From NCBI GenBank assembly GCA_964595885.1, contig CAZQSD010000002.1, forward strand, positions 16,036 through 80,035: a stretch of DNA of 64,000 nt, in the 5' to 3' direction. Origin of the DNA: an uncultured Sangeribacter sp. Its GTDB lineage: Bacteria > Bacteroidota > Bacteroidia > Bacteroidales > Muribaculaceae. The notes under the pieces are model-generated. The model did no database searches and was not told the origin of the DNA. It was given only the letters and a program-made list of their open reading frames with translations. Both the position numbers and the translations under genes were made by a program. Shown one piece after another: positions 56,797 through 64,000 of this stretch. The number at the start of each line of letters is the position of its first letter. Position 1 is the stretch's first letter.

Positions 56797-58127
56797 AGAT
56801 TGTAATTGCAGGTGCGGGTGAAGTTGGTTCTCATCTCGCTAAGTTGCTGTCGAAAGAGAATCAGGATATTATCCTTCTCGATAGCGATCAGACACGCTTA
56901 GAGGTAATTAACGACAATTATAACCTGATGACGTGGAATGGGTCAACATCTTCGTTTGAGACACTACGCGATGTAGGGGTCGGCAACACTGATCTATATA
57001 TTGCTGTTACTCCCTACGAAACCCGCAATATAACATCCTGCGCCATAGCTAAACATCTCGGAGCAAAGAAGACTGTGGCACGTATTGACAACAGCGAATT
57101 TCTTATTCCATCTAACCGGCAGGTGCTCCGTGATATTGGCAGCGATTTCCTCATTTATCCCGAAGACCTTGCAGCCAATGAAATCAATATGGCCCTCTCT
57201 CACAATTGGGCACGCTATTGGGGGGAACTGCATGATGGGAATTTGCTGTTGATTGGCGTGAAACTCCATAGTGAATCGCCTCTTATCAACTGTAAGCTCA
57301 GAGATCTCCCTGTCAAGACTCACAATTTTCATGTTGCAGCCATAAAGCGCAACAGCAAAACCATTATACCAAACGGTAACGATGAGATACTGTATGATGA
57401 CATCGTTTTTTTTATCACTACTCCCCCCTTTGTCCAGGAAGTGCGTGAACTTTGTGGCAAAACAAAAATAGTGATCAAAAAAGCCTTGATTATGGGAGGG
57501 TCACGTATAGCGGTGAGATTTGCGATAAAATATCACGACAAATATAAAATAAAGATCATTGACTATGATCGCGAACATTGTGAGACCATGGCAACCCTTC
57601 TGCCTGATTGCGAGATTGTGCTTGGCGACGGCAGGGACATCGAGGTGTTGCGCGAAAACAACATTGATCAATATGACGCTTTCCTCGCTCTCACCGATTA
57701 TCCCGAAACCAATATCCTTAGCTGTCTTTCAGCAAAAGAATTCGGGGTGCCGAAGACAATAGCCGATGTCGAAAACCTGCAGTTTGTCAGTCAGGCGGAA
57801 AATCTAAATATTGGCACAATAATAAATAAGAAGCTCCTTGCTTCAAGTCACATCTTCAAGATTCTTCTTGATGCTGACCAAGACAATGCAAAATGTCTGG
57901 CTCTTGCCGATGCTGAAGTGGCGGAGATGGTGGTCAGGCAAGGAGCAAAGATTACAAAAGCACCTGTAAAGGATCTTCGCCTACCGGCCGGAATGACAAT
58001 TGCAGCATTGGCCCGCAACAATCAGTATATGCTTGTAGGTGGTAACACACGTATCGAAGCGGGTGATTTTGTAGTAGTGTTCTGCCTTAACGGCACAATA
58101 AGCAAAATTGAGAAATGGTTCTATTGA
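56793..58127 (+). CDS. trkA: Trk potassium uptake system NAD-binding protein TrkA
   Basis: Two RCK/TrkA-N modules (MKIVIAGAGEVGSHLAKLL; ALIMGGSRIAVRFA). ATGA overlap with the dxs stop. Confidence 0.9.
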   Translation: MKIVIAGAGEVGSHLAKLLSKENQDIILLDSDQTRLEVINDNYNLMTWNGSTSSFETLRDVGVGNTDLYIAVTPYETRNITSCAIAKHLGAKKTVARIDNSEFLIPSNRQVLRDIGSDFLIYPEDLAANEINMALSHNWARYWGELHDGNLLLIGVKLHSESPLINCKLRDLPVKTHNFHVAAIKRNSKTIIPNGNDEILYDDIVFFITTPPFVQEVRELCGKTKIVIKKALIMGGSRIAVRFAIKYHDKYKIKIIDYDREHCETMATLLPDCEIVLGDGRDIEVLRENNIDQYDAFLALTDYPETNILSCLSAKEFGVPKTIADVENLQFVSQAENLNIGTIINKKLLASSHIFKILLDADQDNAKCLALADAEVAEMVVRQGAKITKAPVKDLRLPAGMTIAALARNNQYMLVGGNTRIEAGDFVVVFCLNGTISKIEKWFY

Positions 58128-59614
58128 AAGATAGAAAAATGCGTATTTTTCAAAAAAGAAGTTACATCAACCTTCGCATGCTGTTGCGTGTAATTGGCTG
58201 GCTTCTCACTATTGAGGCTGTGTTTATGATCTTTCCATGTATTGTTGGCTTGATCTACTCCGAACATAGTGCATTGCAGTTTCTCATATGCATAGGCATT
58301 ACCGCCGGATGTGGCACAGCAATGGTTGCCATGAAACCAAAAAGTCGGGAGATGGGGAAACGCGAGGCTGTGGTGCTGACTGCTCTCACATGGGTTATCC
58401 TCTCTCTATTCGGGATGCTTCCGTTTCTGATATGTGGCACTCACCTTTCAGTCACCGATGCATTCTTTGAGACAATGAGCGGCTTCACCACCACCGGAGC
58501 CTCCGTTTTAAATTCCCTTGAAGATGTCCCACATTCCATACTGCTATGGCGATGTGTTGTGCAGTGGATTGGTGGGCTCGGAATCATTCTTTTTACCCTC
58601 GCCGTTGTCCCAATGCTAAATTATCAGGGTGGCATGCAGTTATTTAATGCAGAAGTGACCGGCATCACCCATGATAAGCTGCGCCCGCGCGTTAGTTTTA
58701 CGGCACAAAGTCTGTGGCTTGTCTACATTGCCCTTACCTCTTTACTTGTTCTGCTGTTGTCATTTTCCAATATGTCATTATTTGATTCCGTGTGCTATGG
58801 CTTGTCAACAATGTCAACCGGTGGATTCGCCAACAGCGACACTTCCATGAGCCAGACCAGCAGCCTTTATATAAAATGTATTCTTATAATCTTCATGTTT
58901 CTTGGAGGAATAAATTTCTCCTTACTATATAAGGGAGTGACGGGCAACATCAAACAGGCCTTTAAGAATGATGCTTTGAAATGGTATGTGATGATTATAT
59001 TAATATGTTACCTGTTGCTTACACTCAATCTTTTTTTGAGAGGGTTGGCCCACACGGTAGACGACGTAACAATTGACCCGCTCTTTCAGGCAGTCTCAAT
59101 TTTGTCGTCTACCGGATTGACCGAGCCTGATTTCGATAACTGGGGGCCCTTGGCCGTAATAGTGCTGATTATTATGATGATTATGGGAGCGTGTGCCGGT
59201 AGCACTTCAGGAGGAGTTAAGATTGACCGTTTTATTGTTCTTTTCCGGTTTATCAAAAACGAATTTTATAAAATGATGCATCCTAATGCCATCACGACAG
59301 TCTCAATCAATGGTAAGGGTACACCCTCATCTGTGCTTATGAAAACTTTGGCCTTTCTCTTCCTATACATCATTGTGATCATAATCGGTGGTTCTCTACT
59401 TGTGCTTATAGGTCTCCCTCTGAAAGATAGTTTCTTTATCTGTTTATCTGCAATTTCCAATACCGGACTCGGCACAGAAATCACCGGTGTCAGTGGCAAC
59501 TATTATTTTGTGCCCGACATTGCAAAATGGCTGCTTTCTTTCATAATGCTTGTAGGTCGTCTTGAGTTATTCACAATCCTCCTGCTCTTCGTGCCTTCAT
59601 TCTGGAAAAAATAA
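58115..59614 (+). CDS. trkH: Trk-type potassium transporter membrane subunit TrkH
   Basis: Polytopic membrane protein with repeated selectivity-filter-like GFTTTG/STGGF/SSTGLT/SNTGLG motifs. The start may instead be the ATG at 58139. Confidence 0.9.
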   Translation: MVLLKDRKMRIFQKRSYINLRMLLRVIGWLLTIEAVFMIFPCIVGLIYSEHSALQFLICIGITAGCGTAMVAMKPKSREMGKREAVVLTALTWVILSLFGMLPFLICGTHLSVTDAFFETMSGFTTTGASVLNSLEDVPHSILLWRCVVQWIGGLGIILFTLAVVPMLNYQGGMQLFNAEVTGITHDKLRPRVSFTAQSLWLVYIALTSLLVLLLSFSNMSLFDSVCYGLSTMSTGGFANSDTSMSQTSSLYIKCILIIFMFLGGINFSLLYKGVTGNIKQAFKNDALKWYVMIILICYLLLTLNLFLRGLAHTVDDVTIDPLFQAVSILSSTGLTEPDFDNWGPLAVIVLIIMMIMGACAGSTSGGVKIDRFIVLFRFIKNEFYKMMHPNAITTVSINGKGTPSSVLMKTLAFLFLYIIVIIIGGSLLVLIGLPLKDSFFICLSAISNTGLGTEITGVSGNYYFVPDIAKWLLSFIMLVGRLELFTILLLFVPSFWKK

Positions 59615-59620
59615 AAAACA

Positions 59621-59670
59621 ACCTGCGTGAGTTGCCGGCTTCTGAACATATTCCGGTAACTCACGCAGGT
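59621..59670. terminator. Bidirectional terminator between the convergent trkH and maeB genes
   Basis: ACCTGCGTGAGTTGCCGG (59621-59638) pairs with CCGGTAACTCACGCAGGT (59653-59670): 18 bp including one G-U, with a 14-nt loop. Confidence 0.75.
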
Positions 59671-59706
59671 CTTATATGCATTTTATTTGTAGGATGCTAA
59701 TTACTC

Positions 59707-61983
59707 TTATTCCTTTGATTTCTTAACGGCTGCCTCAAGCGCCGCAATTGCCACCAAGTCATATATCTCGCGCTCAGCCGCATTGCTATTGATAAAATAG
59801 ACAGGTTTTTTCAATCCCATTTGTATAGGGCCGATAATTGAGCCGATACCCATTGAAAGCATCATTTTGCTCGTGGCATTCGCAGCAGTAAGGTTAGGGA
59901 ATACCAGCGTATTCACATTCTTTCCTTTTATGGTATTGAATGGGAAACGCTCATCACGGAGAACCGTGTTAAGGGCATAATCAGCCTGCATTTCTCCATC
60001 AGCCTGCACTTCGGGATACTTTTCATGCAAGATGCGCACGGCCTCTGCCACCGTCGTGGCTTCCACATGTTGGGAAGATCCGAAATTACTATAGGAAAGC
60101 ATAGCGATCACAGGCTCCTGTGCAAAAAATCTCACTGTCTTGTCAGCAAGTCGTGCAATATCTACCAATGCAGAACAGTCAGCGTCCGGATTTACTGCTG
60201 TGTCAGCAATGAAGTAAGTGCCTTTTCTGGTGTTAAGGATATGCATAGTTGCAAAATGTGAGAAACCATCATCTATTCCTATCACTGATGCAACATTGCC
60301 GGCGGCACTTTCCCCAGCGGAATAGGTGGCACATAAACATGCATCCGCATCCCCTGTCTCGACCATCATCATTCCGAAGTAAGTGCGGTCATACATCTTC
60401 TCAAGAGCAAAATCAAAATTAAACCCATCCCTTGCCTTCTTAGCAGAAAGGATCTTTGCATAGCGTTCCCGACGCTCTGCCTCACGGTCATGTCGTGGAT
60501 TAATGATTTCAATTCCGTCGAGCGTCACGCCAAGTCTCGCAGCACGCTTTCCTATCATCTCTTCATTACCAAGTAGGACGGGATGACAGATACCGTCATG
60601 CACAAGGCGCATGGCTGCCCGCAGCATATTATCACTATTGCCTTCGCAAATCACTACCCTCTGCGGGGTCTGAGAGGCCAGTTCGGCAATCTTCCTCATC
60701 ATCTTCCCATCATCGCCCATCATCGAGCGGAGTTTCACCTGATAGGCGTTCCAGTCGGGTATCGGGCGTCTGGCAATGCCACTCTCTGCGGCTGCCCGTG
60801 CAACAGCGGGCGCCACACAAGTAAGCAATCGCGGATCAAGTGCTTTCGGAAGTATATATTCTCTACCGAATTTAATGTCGTTCATCCCATATGCCTCATC
60901 AACTACCGAGGGCACCGGCTCTTTTGCCAAAGCTGCTATCGCATGTACAGCTGCTATCTTCATAGCCTCATTGATGCCCGTAGCCCCACAGTCAAGCGCA
61001 CCTCGAAAAATATATGGAAATCCGATCACATTATTTATTTGGTTCGGGAAATCGCTTCTTCCGGTGGCCACAATCACATCAGGACGAGAGTCAACAGCCA
61101 ATTCGTAATCAATTTCAGGGTTAGGATTAGCAAGAGCAAAAACAATTGGCTTCTCGGCCATCGATTTCACCATTTCGGGCGTTACCACGTCTGCCACACT
61201 AAGCCCCAGGAAGACATCTGCCCCCTTCATGGCATCAGCAAGTGTTTGCAAATCCCGTTCAGTGGCAAATTCTTTTTTCTGTTCATTCAGATTAGGACGG
61301 TCAGCACGAATCACCCCTTTAGAATCACACATCACTATATTCTTCGGGTTAACGCCCAAAGCCACGTAAAGACGAGTACAACTTATTGCGGCCGCTCCTG
61401 CTCCGTTTACCACTAATTTGATTTCTCCGATTTTCTTTCCCTGAATCTGAAGAGCATTTAACAGACCGGCTCCGGAAATAATGGCTGTGCCGTGCTGGTC
61501 ATCATGCATGATGGGAATATTACATTCTTCCTTCAATCTCTTCTCTATGATGAAACACTCAGGGGCCTTTATGTCTTCAAGGTTTATACCACCAAAAGTT
61601 GGTGAGATGGCCTTTACCACCTCCACCATCTTATCAGGATCTTTCTCATCGACTTCAATATCAAATGCATCCAGACCGGCAAATATTTTAAAGAGTAACG
61701 CCTTTCCTTCCATCACAGGCTTCCCTGCCAGCGGCCCAATATCACCAAGACCAAGCACGGCGGTGCCATTACTTATAACCCCTACAAGATTGCCCTTATT
61801 AGTGTAGCGGTAGGCATCTTCCGGATCTTTCTCAATTTCCAAACAAGGATATGCTACACCGGGTGAATATGCAAGCGCGAGATCACGCTGTGAAGCATAT
61901 GGTTTCGTTGGAACTATCTCAATCTTTCCTGGCTTACCCTCTTCGTGATAGTCGAGAGCCATCTCTTTTGTAACCTTTACCAT
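59707..61983 (-). CDS. maeB: NADP-dependent malic enzyme (malic enzyme domain plus phosphotransacetylase-like C-terminal domain)
   Basis: 758 aa. Contains [21 protein letters not shown] and VVNGAGAAA, plus a PTA-like C-terminal half. Confidence 0.95.
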   Translation of the reverse strand: MVKVTKEMALDYHEEGKPGKIEIVPTKPYASQRDLALAYSPGVAYPCLEIEKDPEDAYRYTNKGNLVGVISNGTAVLGLGDIGPLAGKPVMEGKALLFKIFAGLDAFDIEVDEKDPDKMVEVVKAISPTFGGINLEDIKAPECFIIEKRLKEECNIPIMHDDQHGTAIISGAGLLNALQIQGKKIGEIKLVVNGAGAAAISCTRLYVALGVNPKNIVMCDSKGVIRADRPNLNEQKKEFATERDLQTLADAMKGADVFLGLSVADVVTPEMVKSMAEKPIVFALANPNPEIDYELAVDSRPDVIVATGRSDFPNQINNVIGFPYIFRGALDCGATGINEAMKIAAVHAIAALAKEPVPSVVDEAYGMNDIKFGREYILPKALDPRLLTCVAPAVARAAAESGIARRPIPDWNAYQVKLRSMMGDDGKMMRKIAELASQTPQRVVICEGNSDNMLRAAMRLVHDGICHPVLLGNEEMIGKRAARLGVTLDGIEIINPRHDREAERRERYAKILSAKKARDGFNFDFALEKMYDRTYFGMMMVETGDADACLCATYSAGESAAGNVASVIGIDDGFSHFATMHILNTRKGTYFIADTAVNPDADCSALVDIARLADKTVRFFAQEPVIAMLSYSNFGSSQHVEATTVAEAVRILHEKYPEVQADGEMQADYALNTVLRDERFPFNTIKGKNVNTLVFPNLTAANATSKMMLSMGIGSIIGPIQMGLKKPVYFINSNAAEREIYDLVAIAALEAAVKKSKE

Positions 61984-62035
61984 TATTTGATTCTTTTTTC
62001 TTTTTTTGATACTGTCTTTCTGTTATTTTTGTTAC

Positions 62036-62108
62036 GGGTAGATTAGTTCTGTTCCACCCGTTCTGCAATGAGGAGTAAAAGCCATCACCCAATCAGAATA
62101 ATCTACCC
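62036..62108. other. Long stem-loop (15 bp with one bulge, 42-nt loop) in the maeB/nrdD divergent intergenic region
   Basis: GGGTAGATTA (62036-62045) pairs with TAATCTACCC (62099-62108). After a bulged G at 62046, TTCTG (62047-62051) pairs with CAGAA (62094-62098). Confidence 0.55.
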
Positions 62109-62277
62109 AATTATATAACACATCAGCGGCAAATAATTTCATATCTAATGAAGTTTTTTGGTATGTAGGCTCATTGGCTGAGGGTTACATATTTTTCTGT
62201 CATTCATTTAGTCACGAGGGGGGAATGTTCTTATTAAAAAACTTGAAATCTACAACTATTTAGTCATCAAAATTTTT

Positions 62278-62391
62278 AAAAGTTTTCCAAAAAAATTTTT
62301 AAATTATTGATACCATGATATTTAAAAAATTTATTCTCCTAAAAAGTTTTCCAAAACGAAAACTATGATTAAAATAATTGTTAAAAAATTT
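62278..62391 (+). repeat. Imperfect ~60-bp direct repeat (two units) upstream of the nrdD promoter
   Basis: AAAAGTTTTCCAAAA occurs at 62278-62292 and 62342-62356. Each copy is followed 24-29 nt later by TTAAAAAATTT (62322-62332 and 62381-62391). Confidence 0.6.
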
Positions 62392-62412
62392 GCTGGTCAG
62401 ATTATATTGTAA

Positions 62413-62420
62413 TACCTTTG
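62413..62420 (+). promoter_or_regulatory. -7 promoter box TACCTTTG upstream of nrdD
   Basis: Exact TAnnTTTG match, 69 nt upstream of the ATG at 62489. Confidence 0.5.
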
Positions 62421-62488
62421 TACCGTCTTTAAAAGACACCAAAATCTAAGTTAATCATCCTAATAAACCGGGAAAAATTAAGCACACA

Positions 62489-64000
62489 ATGATACAAATC
62501 GTAGAAAAGCGTGACGGGCGCGTTGTCGGGTACAACGAAGAAAAAATAAAAGCTGCCATACGCAAAGCCATGCTTGACACTGACCTTGGCGAAGATGAGC
62601 CGCTTATCCAAAAGATAACTGACAGAATCGGCAAACACGGTGCGGAAAGAATGACCGTAGAGGAAATTCAAGACCGTGTCGAAATTGAGTTGATGAAATC
62701 TGCTCGCAAGGATGTGGCAAAACGCTATATCGCTTACCGTGATCAGCGTTCTATTGCCAGAAAAGCGAAGACCCGTGACATTTTTCTCGAAATCATTGAG
62801 GCAAAAAACAACGACATCACCCGCGAGAATGCCAACATGAATACTGATTCCCCGGCGGGTATGATGATGAAGTTCGCTTCTGAAACAACCAAGCCCTTTG
62901 TTGACGACTATCTCCTTTCAAACAAAGTGAAACAGGCTGTAAAGAATAATTATATTCATATTCACGACAAGGACTACTACCCTACCAAGAGCCTTACATG
63001 CGTGCAGCATCCTCTTGATAGAATCCTTCACAACGGATTTGTGGCAGGACATGGCGAATCAAGACCTGCCAAAAGAATAGAAACCGCAAGCGTCATCGCA
63101 TGTATCTCTCTCGAAACAGCACAGAATGAAATGCATGGAGGCCAGGCTATCCCAGCCCTTGACTTTTATCTTGCACCTTTTGTACGTTACAGTTTCATTG
63201 AAGAGATTAAGACTATTGAGCAATTCACTGGTAAGGATCTGACACACCTATACCACGCACAGTTTAAGGATTATCTGAAAAAACCTCTTGATGGCTTGGA
63301 AGGAGATGAACGTTTCTTGCAGCATGCCATCAATATGACTGTAGGACGTGTCCACCAATCAATGGAGGCTTTTATCCACAATATGAATACGATCCATTCG
63401 CGTGGAGGTAATCAAGTTGTTTTCTCCTCAGTTAATTATGGCACTGATACCTCTGCTGAGGGACGTTGTGTAATCAGGGAGATGCTCAATTCCACTTATG
63501 AAGGAGTTGGTAATGGCGCTACTGCCATATTCCCGATCCAGATATGGAAAAAGAAGCGTGGAGTAAGTTATTTGCCTGACGATCCTAATTATGACCTCTA
63601 TAGATTGGCTTGTAAAGTCACCGCACGAAGGTTTTTCCCTAACTTCCTTAATCTTGACGCATCATTCAATCAAGATACTGATTGGAAAGCTGATGATCCG
63701 AAACGATATCTCCATGAAGTAGCCACTATGGGCTGCCGCACACGAGTATTTGAAAACAGATATGGCGAAAAAACTTCAGTTGGACGTGGCAATCTTTCGT
63801 TCACCACAATCAATATTGTGAGGCTCGCACTTGAAGTAATGAGTATCCCTGATCAGGACACAAGAATCGCCAAATTCTTTGAAAAATTTAATAATGTGCT
63901 TGACACAACAGCATTGCAACTGGAGGAGCGCTTCCAATTTCAAAAAACAGCGCTTGCCAAGCAGTTTCCGCTTGTGATGAGTGTGCTGTGGAATCATGCC
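62489..64000 (+). CDS. nrdD: Anaerobic ribonucleoside-triphosphate reductase (class III), N-terminal 504 aa; continues beyond the window
   Basis: This ORF is absent from the track because it has no stop in the window. An ATG at 62489 opens a frame that stays open to base 64000. It has an ATP-cone N-terminus (MIQIVEKRDGRVVGYNEEKIKAAIRKAM) and NrdD-like ENANMNTDSPAGMMMKFASE and HIHDKDYYPTKSLTCVQHPL. Confidence 0.9.
   Translation, partial: MIQIVEKRDGRVVGYNEEKIKAAIRKAMLDTDLGEDEPLIQKITDRIGKHGAERMTVEEIQDRVEIELMKSARKDVAKRYIAYRDQRSIARKAKTRDIFLEIIEAKNNDITRENANMNTDSPAGMMMKFASETTKPFVDDYLLSNKVKQAVKNNYIHIHDKDYYPTKSLTCVQHPLDRILHNGFVAGHGESRPAKRIETASVIACISLETAQNEMHGGQAIPALDFYLAPFVRYSFIEEIKTIEQFTGKDLTHLYHAQFKDYLKKPLDGLEGDERFLQHAINMTVGRVHQSMEAFIHNMNTIHSRGGNQVVFSSVNYGTDTSAEGRCVIREMLNSTYEGVGNGATAIFPIQIWKKKRGVSYLPDDPNYDLYRLACKVTARRFFPNFLNLDASFNQDTDWKADDPKRYLHEVATMGCRTRVFENRYGEKTSVGRGNLSFTTINIVRLALEVMSIPDQDTRIAKFFEKFNNVLDTTALQLEERFQFQKTALAKQFPLVMSVLWNHA

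Noticed and set aside
60583-61416. 277-aa ORF on the plus strand, antisense to maeB. Similar long antisense ORFs occur at 37801-38391 (inside htrA), 30159-30635 and 29475-29921 (inside glgP), 431-880 (inside the RND gene) and 10765-11202 (inside cdsA).
   Set aside because: All lie entirely within strongly supported genes on the opposite strand. Their translations are low-complexity or Cys/His/Arg-rich with no motifs. Stop-poor antisense frames are expected opposite well-adapted coding sequence.
62036-62108. Possible invertible promoter (inverton) flanked by the 10-15-bp inverted repeats.
   Set aside because: The segment between the repeats is only ~42-53 nt. It contains no TAnnTTTG box on either strand, and no site-specific recombinase gene is present in the window. 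Known Bacteroidales invertons are usually larger.
62307-62320. TTGATACCATGATA upstream of nrdD as an FNR/CRP-type anaerobic box.
   Set aside because: The second half-site is TGATA rather than ATCAA, so the sequence is not the TTGAT-N4-ATCAA palindrome.
1-64000. I looked for rRNA and tRNA genes (T-loop GGTTCGAAT-type motifs), CRISPR repeat-spacer periodicity, IS elements, transposases, integrases, phage genes, reverse transcriptases and toxin-antitoxin pairs.
   Set aside because: None was seen by eye in the intergenic regions or in any ORF translation. Every intergenic region over 150 nt (4095-4526, 14302-14515, 23112-23474, 36594-37014, 44780-45004, 54427-54672, 61984-62488) lacks tandem periodic repeats. 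A tRNAscan, Infernal or ISfinder run would be needed to be certain.

Overview
The window looks like a Bacteroidota (Bacteroidales-type) chromosomal segment. Supporting signs are TAnnTTTG -7 promoter boxes, no Shine-Dalgarno signals, a T9SS C-terminal sorting domain, TonB-dependent receptor (TBDR)/DUF4249 pairs, a short ~287-aa primary sigma factor and a GT3 glycogen synthase. I call about 47 protein-coding genes with little non-coding space. Most are housekeeping:
- Envelope and efflux: RND efflux permease plus outer-membrane factor, lpxA, cdsA.
- Carbohydrate metabolism: glgP plus GT3 glycogen synthase, GH92 mannosidase, maeB.
- Proteases and peptidases: htrA, dcp, an M16 peptidase, an S41 peptidase.
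- Core functions: hemW, rpoD, dCMP deaminase, trxB, lolA, ftsK, dxs, trkAH, and nrdD (runs off the 3' end).

I recognised no rRNA, tRNA, CRISPR array, transposase, integrase or phage genes, and I see no clear-cut novel defence or mobile system.

The accessory-looking parts are:
1. A visibly AT-rich block at about 4.5-10.3 kb. It holds an orphan T9SS cargo protein and an ECF sigma/anti-sigma/small secreted protein/TBDR-like barrel cluster.
2. Two paralogous TBDR-DUF4249 outer-membrane pairs. One is wired to an ECF sigma, a minimal FecR-like anti-sigma and a small HExxH membrane protein. This is my best candidate for an uncharacterised system.
3. An EF-G paralog lacking the catalytic His.
4. A DUF3127 protein with an SSB-like linker and an ...EEDLPF tail.
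5. A RIC/hemerythrin-like protein plus a pseudo-receiver LuxR regulator pair.
6. Several structured non-coding elements: a ~300-nt leader at 4.2-4.5 kb, a 17-bp intra-operon hairpin, a 15-bp stem upstream of maeB, and direct repeats upstream of nrdD.

All functional calls come from reading motifs in the translations by eye. No database search was run.
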